From: Hormiphora californensis
Taxonomy: Eukaryota > Animalia > Ctenophora
Assembly (NCBI GenBank): GCA_020137815.1
Contig: CM035350.1
Location: 3,658,001 to 3,722,000 of the forward strand
Reading direction: 5' to 3'
Length of the DNA: 64,000 nt
A program made the translations under genes and the position numbers. Each line of letters starts with the position of its first letter. Positions within the stretch are counted from its first letter, which is position 1. This document shows, piece after piece, positions 1 through 12,963 of this stretch. The notes beneath the pieces were generated by a model, which saw only the letters and a program-made list of their open reading frames with translations, ran no database searches and had not been told where the DNA came from.

Positions 1-804
1 TACAGCAGAAAAAGATGATTGTCACAGCAAAACCCATCTACTCATCTTGTCCAGCCGGAAGGAGAAAACAAAACATCCTCATTTTCAGATACTACCAAAA
101 GGTACCCGAAGATCTGCCAGAGTTAGAGCTGAAAGCCACCTTTGGTCTTGTAGCTCCCCTACCGTTTGAGGTTCCCCCTGTGCATGCTATATTCACCGAG
201 GAAGCTTACAAGGATTTCACCATACAGCAAACACCCGGACCCAAAATTGTGAGTAGAGTTATACTGCGAGTGGGAGAGAGAGACAGACTCTTGACTGACA
301 CACACCTACCTACACAGACAGACCGAATGACAGAGCTCGTGTTTGGAAAGCAGCCTGACAAACTTGACGAATTTGGGATGAAACCTACCAAAAAGAAATT
401 TTTTAAACCCAGTGCACCGGCCGCTAAACGGATACGATTTGCCCCGCCCTGTCTTGCCATATTGCCGTCATTTTAACACATCCTTGTTGCTGTTTTAATA
501 CAATCGGTACTTAAACTAAACACTGACGCCAGACATGTTAATGACAGACAAGTTTTTCCAAAAACTTCCTCGACCAGAAAAGAAACTAGCTATTCTAAAG
601 TCGGCCGGCGCGCTATCGCCACACGACTCTCTTGCAATGAAAGGACCACTCTCTTGGCGCGCACGAACTTAAATTTGTAGAAATGAGATCACTCGAAAAC
701 ATAAATTTTCCGTAGCCGGGTTGCCAAATTACTGGCTCAATGACTGGGTCACCAGATTACCACTACTAACAAATAGTGACTTAACCCCTCTCTCTCTACT
801 CCAG

Positions 805-903
805 ACAAGTCAAGATAAGGATGACCTACCGCCTGCCAAGGAAACCGATATTGGGGGTGACACGAACGGGATCAAAAACGATAGTGGCTGTAGCATCCAA
901 TAG
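805..903 (+). CDS. Possible terminal exon of an upstream gene; one frame ends in a CaaX-like motif (CSIQ*)
   Basis: Polypyrimidine tract plus CAG acceptor at 785-804. Frame 0 gives TSQDKDDLPPAKETDIGGDTNGIKNDSGCSIQ*, but a second frame is also open to 964, so the frame is uncertain. Confidence 0.3.
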   Translation, partial: TSQDKDDLPPAKETDIGGDTNGIKNDSGCSIQ

Positions 904-1263
904 ACAATGGGAGACTGAGTGGTGGGGTTCCAAAAGGAATGACAATAAACAGCGACGATTTTAAATCGTTGGTACATTGGAGTAAGAATATACATATGGG
1001 CAGTATGAGTCATAATGGTGAAGTTTTGATTGTTCGTTTTTTGTGATTTCGTATAACACTATATGTTTTAGCTGAAGAATCTGTAGATACAAACACACTG
1101 TATTTTGGAATAGAATATATAGAAATAGATTGGGTGACAAAATGTTAAAACTCTGTGTAGTGTTTGATACATACACCTTCATTCCTTGTACTATAGAATC
1201 TTTGTTTTCATGCATTCGATGTATATATCGTGATATATTCTGGTCCCGTGTCTCTATATCATC

Positions 1264-3432
1264 CTACTTCAGACACTCTCCCATGATTTCAATAAACCTC
1301 TGATACTCGATCATGTCGTCCTCCGTCCCACATCCTGTCTGTTCAGCCCAGAGGTGCACCAAATTGCCCCTATTTCCACATCGTTCTGCGTAGTTCATTG
1401 CTGCCGTGCAGGCTGTTGTCATGCTCACTCCCAGTCCCTCGAAGAAATCAGACCTCATGTAGTCAGCCACGCAAGCAGCTCTGTACGGTTCAGGATTGAT
1501 GGATGTCTCATATGTTTTCCAGTCCTCGGCACAGCTAGCAAGTTGTTCGGTTGAGAACATATCGTCACAGAATTGTTCTGCATCCGGTCTCTTGTTCCCG
1601 AACTCTCGCTCCCAATCCCAGAACTTAGTTTTATCACACTTCCCGTACCTGTCCACCTCCCAGGTATCTCCAAATTCCAGGGCGGTCTCCATTTGGATTT
1701 CAGTTTTCCGGGCAAGCATGTCATCGGAGGGATCGCCGTTCATGTTGCCACACAAGCCACAAGTCTTGCTGCCAAACGTGTACTCATCAATGAGAAGCTG
1801 AGTACTCATCAGTCCATCAAACCTGACGGCGTTGATGTGGTTCTTCGCGTCCTTCCAGGTAACCTCCATCCACCCCTCATCGAGTCGTACCCAAACCTCA
1901 CTTCCCTTCCTCCCAACAAACTTCTCCTTGATTCCATCCTGCCTGTACTCAGTCCTTGCCCCGTCCATATTGAGCACCCTGCCCCGCTGCATTTCTATCA
2001 GAATGTCCGTGTTCAGGTAGAAGGTTACGGCTGTGAGACAGCTTCCCTTACCGTGACTAGAGCACGGCTCAAACCTCCCGTAGACATACCAAGATTTGTC
2101 ATTGCAATCCGCACCCAGCACGTACTCACAATGGCCATAGAAATCGAAGGCGTAGTTGTCAAATGTGATGACAGTGGGATCCCCAAACACTTGGCAACTG
2201 GGCCCTGGCCAGGAGTTGAACTCGGGAGGTGAAGTTGTTATTTTTATCTCATGTGAGACGATATCAATGGGCACTGCCTTTCCATTTTTACACTGATGTG
2301 CCACACAAACCACTCCAGGCATATCATCCTTGTCTGTCAGTCTCAGCCTGATTGTGTTGCCATCTCCAAGTTTGCCATTCCAGTCGGGGTTACCGGGAGG
2401 CAGGTCCAGGAGGCCGTCTATCGATGGGGACTCTGTAGTTGGCATGTCTGTAGGCCCATCGTTCGGGAGGGTCCGATACCACGATATAATGGGTGGAGGA
2501 GCGGGCACATCGCCTGAAGGAGCTGCTCGACACGTCAGAGTAAAACTCTTCCCTTCCACCGCCTCAACACGTTTTGGAGGCAGCTCCTTGAAGACTGGTG
2601 GGGTGAACTCAGGACAGAACTGGTTTAAGAAGATGGTGTAGTCTGTGCCCCTCACACAATTATCGTAGTCCAATCTACACGGGTTATAGTAGGTGATACA
2701 GTCAGTGCCACAGAGCGGCTCAAAGGTAGCCCCCACACACTCAGGACAGAGACACTGTGCGGTGCCCTCGTGATGATCCGGTACACACACCTTCCCCTTT
2801 CCACACGTTACATCCTGACATAGATCATACACCCTCAGATAAGCATCCTCGTAGGTAACACCCCGAGTATTTGCAGCCACACACCGGTACCAACCCTCAT
2901 CTGCGTGCTGTACCCGGTCATTCGTCCTGATCACATGGGCCGAGGAAACGGATATCTTTGGGTCATCCTCGTCCTTGAGACGGGGCCGTTCCAAACTCGC
3001 CTCCTCCCGACGGGTGATGGTTAGTTCAGGGGTCGGGGCACCCTCAGCCTTGCACTCAAACTGGTAGGTAGACCCAGGACTAACTGTAATGTTCCGGGGA
3101 CCCTGGATAATAACGGGAGGACTGGCATCCGCATAGGTCCCATCTCCCAGGTCCGTTATGGTGTACCGTGCACTCTGGTGATCGTCAATGACCCGCACAA
3201 ACTCGTCCACACCAAACCGCTCTCGTTTGAAGCTACGACACAGCTCCCCCAGGTCAGGTAGAACGGCCTCACAATGGCTTTTGTGCTCACATAGGACCTC
3301 CAAATCCGTCATTTCCCTACAATCAATGCCCTGAAGAGCGGCGGGGGATGCCTGGCCGACCATGAAGACCAGGACAAGTAGGCCCGTAAACAATTTAGGA
3401 GGAAACATTTTCACGAAGCGATAAACTAACAT
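1264..3432 (-). CDS. Intronless secreted protein: signal peptide, Ig I-set, follistatin/Kazal, Ig, VWD, C8 (mucin/zonadhesin/BMPER-like module)
   Basis: 722-aa ORF. Hydrophobic signal (LFTGLLVLVFMVGQA; second Met at 3408). Ig motifs (FECKAEGAPTP...DEGWYRCVAAN), Kazal (PLCGTDCITYYNPC), VWD (CQVFGDPTVITFD...TCGLCGNMNGDPSDD), C8 (INPEPYRAACVAD...CTAAMNYAERC). Confidence 0.9.
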   Translation of the reverse strand: MLVYRFVKMFPPKLFTGLLVLVFMVGQASPAALQGIDCREMTDLEVLCEHKSHCEAVLPDLGELCRSFKRERFGVDEFVRVIDDHQSARYTITDLGDGTYADASPPVIIQGPRNITVSPGSTYQFECKAEGAPTPELTITRREEASLERPRLKDEDDPKISVSSAHVIRTNDRVQHADEGWYRCVAANTRGVTYEDAYLRVYDLCQDVTCGKGKVCVPDHHEGTAQCLCPECVGATFEPLCGTDCITYYNPCRLDYDNCVRGTDYTIFLNQFCPEFTPPVFKELPPKRVEAVEGKSFTLTCRAAPSGDVPAPPPIISWYRTLPNDGPTDMPTTESPSIDGLLDLPPGNPDWNGKLGDGNTIRLRLTDKDDMPGVVCVAHQCKNGKAVPIDIVSHEIKITTSPPEFNSWPGPSCQVFGDPTVITFDNYAFDFYGHCEYVLGADCNDKSWYVYGRFEPCSSHGKGSCLTAVTFYLNTDILIEMQRGRVLNMDGARTEYRQDGIKEKFVGRKGSEVWVRLDEGWMEVTWKDAKNHINAVRFDGLMSTQLLIDEYTFGSKTCGLCGNMNGDPSDDMLARKTEIQMETALEFGDTWEVDRYGKCDKTKFWDWEREFGNKRPDAEQFCDDMFSTEQLASCAEDWKTYETSINPEPYRAACVADYMRSDFFEGLGVSMTTACTAAMNYAERCGNRGNLVHLWAEQTGCGTEDDMIEYQRFIEIMGECLK

Positions 3433-4930
3433 TGGCTGACGTGGGGAGTCTACTTAAGGGGCCACCGGGAGAGGGCGACTAGCAGTCACGTGACCGGATT
3501 GCTCTGCATATGATTTTGATTATCTTAACCCTTCTCTCTGTTCCACATACATTCACAAGGTCCTCTCTCTCCTTTTTTCTCTCTCTCTCTCCCTCCACCT
3601 CCATTCCTTGGGGGCGAGGCCACTAACTTGTGCAGGAAAACTCTCCTGCAATATCCGGGGTCCCGGGGAGCAGACATTAGAACATAATTATTTCTATGCT
3701 CTGACGTCTGGTTTGTGAGAAGAAGAGAAAACAGCAAGTTTTCGGTATTGAAATCTGTCATTAGAGAGTTTAAAGAATTAACAAAAATTAATCACTCACG
3801 AGAGAAGCTTATAAAAGTGATTTTCTTCGCGAGTCCCTATCATTTGTTGCAGACGCTATTCATGTTTAGGGGTAAATACAGTCAACACACACACACACAC
3901 ACACACACACACTTTACACACGATATATATATCGAAAGATATTTTCATAATGCCATTTTTATACACACGTTATTCTGCGATTTACCCCTTTTTATCTTAC
4001 AGTTTAGCTAACTCAATACTCACTCTCTCTATCTCGGCTCCCCGTCCCTTCTCCCCATATATCAGTTCCAGAAAATGTGTGATCTCGGCGGTCTATTAGG
4101 CAAAATGGTAGGAACACTTTCTACAAGACTTGGAGTGTGTCCTCCAAAAGAGTGCTCGAGCAGAACAGATCAAATAGTGTTAAATACGTAAAATCATTTG
4201 ACTAAAAATAAACGATAAAAAACTTGCTATATGGAACCAACGACTGCGGTGCGACGTGACAGTGCTGCCTCAGTATGTGTGAATGGTGCAGTGAATGGTT
4301 AGATACGTGTGTGCCCTGTCGGGCGGAGCCTGTTAGAGTAGTTACTAGTTAGGGCGATCAACAGATGAGTGTGGGGGAATATGTTATACATTACATGATA
4401 TAGATCATATTATCATTTTTCCTGTGGTATTTCCGTGACAAGCCGATGGGAAGCTCACCTTCCAACATCAATATATTGCTTCATTTTCAATTCGAATTTG
4501 CTCAAAACTACCAAAAATTCTGTCTGGTAGGCGCCTACCCGATCTGAGCGCACTGAGAATCAAAGGTGGGATAAAAACGGGAAAAGGTAGAACTGGACAT
4601 TTTTGAAATGAACGGTGTGGTGGGATGTTTCGAAGGTGCTACAAAATTCTGAGTTTGTCACAGTTTTAACCCTCTGAATCTCACTAATAAACCTCATGAG
4701 CATGTATGTGTGTGTGTGTGTGTGTGTGTATGTGTGTACGACTGTATTATACATGAACTATGTGAGTCTGCGTGTGCATTTATGTGCGAGTCTGTGTATG
4801 AATTAAGCTGACAAGATAACGTCGAATTGAAACACAAAATTTGTGAGTCCTGCCCGCAGTGAGTGGCTATCTCTCCCTCTATCTTTTGTCCATTTTATAC
4901 TTGATACTCAATTTCTAATTTACTCCTCAT

Positions 4931-5077
<147 letters not shown>

Positions 5078-5310
5078 TTCTCTCTCTCACACATTCTCTC
5101 CCTCCCTCTTATTTATACATGTTATCATACACAGGTCGGGCCACTATAACATCTCTCTCTCTCTCTCCCACTCACTCCGATACACTCTCTGGATATCACC
5201 CTCTTGGTAAAGAGTGGCGCTGCCTTCTTCGTCTGCCTCCAAGGCTGCTGCTGCTGCTGCTCTACTTTCTCTCACGCCGGCTCGGTTCTTATAATTAACC
5301 GCTCTCCCCC

Positions 5311-6820
<1,510 letters not shown>

Positions 6821-7194
6821 TTATTGTTAGTGGGGTTAGTGTGGATTGTATTGTCTCATAGTTGGGGGGTGTTCTATGGAATGGGAGAGAATCAGGGTAC
6901 AAAATATTGGTAGGGGGAGTAGCAGTTTTAAATGGATTAAATAGGGTGGTGAGTATATTCTATTTTTAACCCACACCACTGTAAAACCGTATGTGCCTCT
7001 CGCTATTCTCTGTCTCCCCTCCTCCCCCATTGCTAAATTGAGAGACAGTAAAAAGATGTTGCAACGCGGGTGGGGCGGTGGTTTTGTCGATATATATTTG
7101 GTTGTCAGATGTATCCCAACCTGCCTCTTCCCAACGCAAAAGAGACGGTCCAAGCAAATCAAATTCTGAACCCTTGGCTATGATCACTCATACA

Positions 7195-7809
7195 TTTTTT
7201 CCCTGCCCGGGTGAATGCCGAAGGCATTCACCCGGATGTCTTTTTACTTTGTAAAAAGGCATAGCAGGGTTAGAATTCGAAAACGACATTTTGGTATACT
7301 AACTAATCGGTAGAGGGACCATTTTGGTCACACTTTCGTTGCGACGGGCAACCTCGCGGCGCGCGCGATCTGACACTTGCGGAGTAACATGCGCGCGCAC
7401 AAACAATTGAAATTTTATGAGGGGCGCGCGGCTATAAACTGTAACGCGCGGCAAAATTTGTTTTATATCGGCCGCGCGTTTTGATTCGTGAAAATTATGG
7501 AGAAATTGAAAAATCTGTTCTGCGTTTTGTTCAAAAATTCGAAAAACACTATACTCCATTTTTTTTCAACTGTTCACCCCCCAAAGTCGTGCGCGGAATT
7601 GTTTTGCGCGTTTATCACATGTTAACGTGTAGCGCGCGCCACCCAAATTCTAATTTTTATCAAATTTCAGTTTTTGGGTGAACAGTTGAATAAAAATGGA
7701 CTTTAATCCCCATTTTGCGGACAGCTTACTCGTTGGGCGAGTTGAATGGCAAATCGAAGAGGGCAGGGAAACGTAGCATTATGGATACATAATGCAAATA
7801 ATTCTTGTT
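7195..7809 (+). mobile_element. Non-autonomous Helentron (HINE/DINE-1-like) element
   Basis: 5' T-run plus sub-TIR TTTCCCTGCCC; 5' hairpin CCGGGTGAATGCC-GAA-GGCATTCACCCGG; 3' sub-TIR GGGCAGGGAAA (7761-7771); 3' hairpin GCATTATG-GATA-CATAATGC; ends TTCTTGTT. Confidence 0.7.
7552..7703. mobile_element. Tc1/mariner-like MITE with TA TSD, nested in the HINE; second copy at 48113-48264
   Basis: TIR TACTCCATTTTTTTTCAACTGTTCACCC / GGGTGAACAGTTGAATAAAAATGGACTT flanked by TA. Confidence 0.8.
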
Positions 7810-8244
7810 ATGCCAATCTCTCCGCTACTACTTAAACTCAAAATCTTTCAGCCTTACTTCTGTTCCCTTCTTGTCACTTTCTTTTTTAGTTAAGCTGTCT
7901 GTATGTGAACAGAGATAGAAAGAGAGAAAAAAGAAAGGGGGAGAGATAGAGAAAACAGACCTTCTGCGATGACAAATCCTCTTATATTTATAACATGCTA
8001 CAACAAACTACCATGCCGATTGTCGATATTGATCACATGATATAAACTATAAGTACTAAATACTAAACTGTCAGGATGGATACATATTTCCCTCTTATTC
8101 CTCTAACAGGCATGTTCTGATTAAAAATTGCGAAACGCAAGGATATTATTCTCGAATTATAGAGAGGGGGATGTAAAGACATCTCGGAGCGAGATTGATA
8201 GATATGTATCCTACTCTCATGTCAGTTCGCATGTGAGCTTTACG

Positions 8245-8285
<41 letters not shown>

Positions 8286-8652
8286 GGGAAAGATAAATTG
8301 AGCGGAAACGTGGCCGTTTGGCCGAGAAAGCCGGGCTTTAGCTTCCCTGCCCTCATCCCCTTTCCTTCTCTCCGCCCTTATCCCCTCCCTTTCCTCTCTC
8401 CCTCTTCTCTCTCGCTCCTCTAGCCTCCTTATCTCTCTCTCTCTCTCCTCTGCTCGATTCTGGGCCCTTGTCATCCTCCCTATTTCCAGATAATTGAAAT
8501 TGATAGTGGGATCAAACGCATGCTTACACATCAGTCTACTCTCCTTTCCTATATTCTCACTCTCTCTCCCCTCTGTTTCTATCTTTAACCCCATGCGAGA
8601 ACAGGGTTAAATCCCCCGAGCCCGGATCCTGTTGGATCTGAGGGATTTCTCA

Positions 8653-8683
<31 letters not shown>

Positions 8684-8808
8684 CCGACACACTTTATCTC
8701 ACCAAGTATTTTCTCTCTGTAAATTATTTTTCTTTATGCCTCCCTTACTTCCTTATATTGGTATGCATTGTGAATTCTTCTACTACCTGGAGTAATAGGA
8801 AAGAGAGA

Positions 8809-8858
<50 letters not shown>

Positions 8859-9282
8859 AGCAAGAGAGCAAGATAGAGAGAGCTCCCTATACACTAGAGA
8901 AAGATACAAATTAGCTACGCGGTAGTAAAGCGAGATATATGTTGTACTAATCTTCATAGACTCTCTAACTCTCACTCTCTCTTTCTCTCTCTCTCCTGTA
9001 CAGCTGTCTATAAATAGATTGAGCTTGCTATATATAGTTTCGGATAATAGGGTGTCACACTCACATACACACGACGTATAACTCTCTCTCTCTCTCACTA
9101 TTCTTCAACATGACATTGAGTACGATGTATGAGTTCTGCTGCGTGAGAGAGTATAACATTACTCATGGTCGTGAAGTGTCAGCGGCCGCAGAGATATTGA
9201 TCAGTCTTGAGAATACATGGAGTATGTATATATATATATAGAGAGAGAGAGAGAGGGGGGGGGATAAAGAGAAAAGAGAGAA

Positions 9283-9329
<47 letters not shown>

Positions 9330-9433
9330 CTGGGGACATGAACCCAACAAACACGATAATCCCTGCCATGGCCATGAAAAGTGTGAGTCCCTCATAGCGT
9401 TCCCCTCTCTATTTCTCTCTCTATTTCTCTCTC

Positions 9434-9495
<62 letters not shown>

Positions 9496-10774
9496 AACGC
9501 TCTGGGTAACAGGTGTTCCCCTTGGTGCACACGATACACACACGGGAATTGTATATTACTGCTGAATAGCACACACACCCTCACACACACCCTCACATAC
9601 ACACACACACTCACACACACCCTCACTCACACACACCCTCACACCCTCACAATCACTCTCACAATTACACGGGATCAAAGCAAGCATCCAAACATAATGG
9701 GTAAGGGAGCCTTATCCGTGTATATCATACCCACACAGCCATTAACTATTTTTAGTCTGGTCTTCCCTCTCTACTATTTCAGTTCATTCAAATAAGTGGC
9801 TCGCACTGAACAGACCTTTTTATGTTGTATCCCACCATTATAGGGAGAGATATAAATAGATATATAATAGGATCTTTCCAAAGAATACAATTTAATAAAA
9901 AGGGATAATATCCTATCTTATATACATATCCCTGGAATATATATAGGAACTCTCATAATCTCCTCATTTTATTTCTCTTGAACAAAATTTATTTTCTAGT
10001 TCTTGTAGGCTGGGCAGTTCAAGCGGTAGAGAGTCCTATTTTTAGTGTGTGTTGTTCTCCCGTAGATCTCGCTTGGTGTCTGTTATCGGTCGTTGAGTTC
10101 CATGTAGTTCACACAGGGATCGTTTCTAACTTGCTTGCAGGGTGTTGCTATTCCTGGTGATCGGAACTTCCGGTTGCTTCACTGGGGTACCAACGTAGTT
10201 CGTGCTTTCCCTGTCTATAGTTAACCAGTTGTCCTGTTTTGTTGTTGTTTTTTCTGGTCCTCTGCTTCGTGCTTCTTCCCTTTTTTCGGTGTTGATGTTT
10301 GTCGTGCAGGGATGCACTGTCTCTGGTTTAGTAATTTTATGACTTTCCTCTGTTTTTGGCTGACCCAATGAGTGACTGATTGACGACATTTCGGAGTGTT
10401 CGGTCTTTGTACTTGAATGTGTCGACTGGGGTCCCTCACTGCCTCCCCTTTTGACAGGTTTATGACAGTGAGGGTACACCCATCCAAACATGTATATTAT
10501 ACACACTCCACTTTCCTGTTTGTGTGTCTTTGATGATCTGGGGTTTACTTGTATACGGGATATCATGTCTTCAATGTCCTGAAGTTTGGCAAAATGTTTA
10601 CTCCTGCCTCGTATTTAACTGTGTTCCGTTATTGTTTTCCTTGTACTCCAGCATTTGTTCGTTTAGAAACTTATTTAGGAGTTCCCGTCCGTCCTTGATG
10701 TATTGTCCTGGTTTGTTTCTCCGAAGATAGTGAGAAGAGTTTTTTATCTAATAAAAAGTTGTCCAGCGTTGGAG

Positions 10775-11003
10775 ATGTTTCCTGTGTTTTATGTCCCGGC
10801 GGACTGTGTTTCCAGTGTTTGATGTCCCGGCGGACTGTGTTTCCAGTATTTTATGTCCGCGGGGACTGTGTTTCCATGTTTGATGTCCCTGCGGACTGTG
10901 TTTCCAGTATTTTATGTCCCGGCGGACTGTGTTTCCATATTTTATGTCCCGGCGGACTGTGTTTCCGGTGTTTAATGTCCCGGCGGACTGTGTTTCCAGT
11001 GTT
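10775..11003. repeat. Minisatellite, about 7 x 30-31 bp (TTATGTCCCGGCGGACTGTGTTTCCAGTGT)
   Basis: Head-to-tail units with no unique spacers. Confidence 0.9.
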
Positions 11004-12663
11004 TTAGTGTTGTTCACGTTCCGATGGTTAGGAGTGTTGCTGGGTTTATTCTGGTTTTTTTTTGTGGTCCATCCGAATTTTAATGTGTTCTGTTGTCTCG
11101 ACAGGATGTGGGGACGTATTGACGAGTAACCATGTACACCGACTGATCACACCACATATAATTTACTTAGGACTAATTTACTTGGGACATGATAGAATAA
11201 TAATTGTACTTTGACAAACCACGAAGTCATGTCTCTGTCTCTTTTGTCTGTAATTTTCAATTTTTTTTTTAACTTGTTGGTGTGACGGTGTAGGAATGGT
11301 GTCTTTTAGTGATTGGTGGACTAAAAGGACGATTGGATGCTTTATATAGTTTTATCCTACATTGATAATGATAATACATGTATTCATATTCCGCCCATAC
11401 AGTCTAGGGGCAGGACATAAGTATTATTATCATTATCATTAGCATGTGGTTTGAATCTTTTCAATTTCAAAAGCTGGATTGGTAGTGTTGAAGTAATTGT
11501 TCCGAGAATACCAAATTGTAATATCGCGTCAAAATGAAGTAAATTAGGAGTTAAATTCAATAGTTCTATCATTTGAAGTAATTGAACTACCTGTGACTGA
11601 ATTTAATATGTTGTCTAGGTTTTGAATTAAGTGGGATTCCTGACCCTACTGTGATAGCGTTTCTTGCTAGTGTTCGTGATGTTGACGGTTCTTGGTTAAG
11701 TATTCCCTACAATTTTTTTTGTTGGACCGTGCTATGTTACAAAGTTGTGTTATTTAGGGTGACTGACTATCTCTATCGGAAAATGTCGCTAGCAACCGTT
11801 TGTGCACGTGCAAATTGAAGAGATTGCTAGGGGCGGGTTGGCTGACAGTGATACTGCACGTGCTCCTGGGCAACGGGGAGTGGGCATTTCTAGTCTTCAT
11901 TAAAAGATGCAAAATGAGTGGTGTAGTGGTAATGGAGTATCCGCACGTGCAAATTGAGTTCATGGTCAATATTGACACATTATAGTTCTTCAGAAAGAGC
12001 TCGATCTCCTCTCTCCAAAGATCCCAGGAAATTCGAAATTGGTCGAAAAATGGCCGAGCTATGGGGTAAAATGTCTCAAAAATGGGCAAAAAAATTGATT
12101 TTGGAGCACATGAATCCCTTTTTATCAGCCTCTGCTACTATGGAGAACGCTGGGTTCTAGTTAATTAAAATTAGACCGAAATTATATATTCGACTATAAC
12201 GATGGTGTAGGGCTGTAATTTAAAAGGCTGTTAATTTCTATCGGTGTATCCTGTATCTATTCCTTTTATTTAAGTTAAACTTTTTTCGTATTATAATTTA
12301 ATTGAGCCAAATACTATAAGTGTCTATTTCTGTTTTCTACGGTAATTAAGATTATCTGTTAAAGATTCGTGAGTATTTTCGAGTTATTGATCTGTGATAT
12401 AATATGTCGGTTGTGGGCATTGGGCATATCGGGCAGAATAATTAGTGTAGTGTCTCTTGTTGGGTGATGAAAAGGATAAAAATATAAGTTACTAGTTTAT
12501 TAATGTATTTTATTTTTTGTAATATGGTTCTATGTGTGCACGTTATTCCTATTTTTGCAATTATGTCTAACTGTTAGAAACTAAAATTTGTCTTGTTATC
12601 GGTAGTTAATTGGGCATTGGTGTATTATTAAGTTAGTTATTAAGTTAAGTTATTAAGTATACT

Positions 12664-12963
12664 TTAAATTATTCCGGGTGGAGTGCTCTCTGCTCCAAGG
12701 GGTACTCTCGCCCCATGCTATGATGTGATTAAGTAAAGATTTAAATTTCCCGGGTGGAGTACTCTCTGCTCCAAGGGGTACTCTCGCCCCATGCTATGAT
12801 GTGATTAAGTAAAGATTAAATGTTCCAGGTGGAGTGCTCTCTGCTCCAAGGGGTACTCTCGCCCCATGCTATGATGTGATTAGTAAAGATTAAATTATTC
12901 CGGGTGAGTGCTCTCTGCTCCAAGGGGTACTCTCGCCCCATGCTATGATGTGATTAAGTAAAT
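12664..12963. repeat. Tandem array, 4 x about 75 bp, each unit containing a GC-rich hairpin
   Basis: Unit CCGGGTGGAGTGCTCTCTGCTCCAAGGGGTACTCTCGCCCCATGCTATGATGTGATTAAGTAAAGATTAAATT. Confidence 0.9.

Noticed and set aside
1354-2641. Plus-strand ORFs overlapping the VWD gene (and similar ones opposite eIF3a, KATNB1 and NOL8)
   Set aside because: Antisense shadows of real coding sequence.
10775-12963. The 30-bp and 75-bp arrays as CRISPR arrays
   Set aside because: Head-to-tail units without unique spacers, no cas genes, eukaryotic context.
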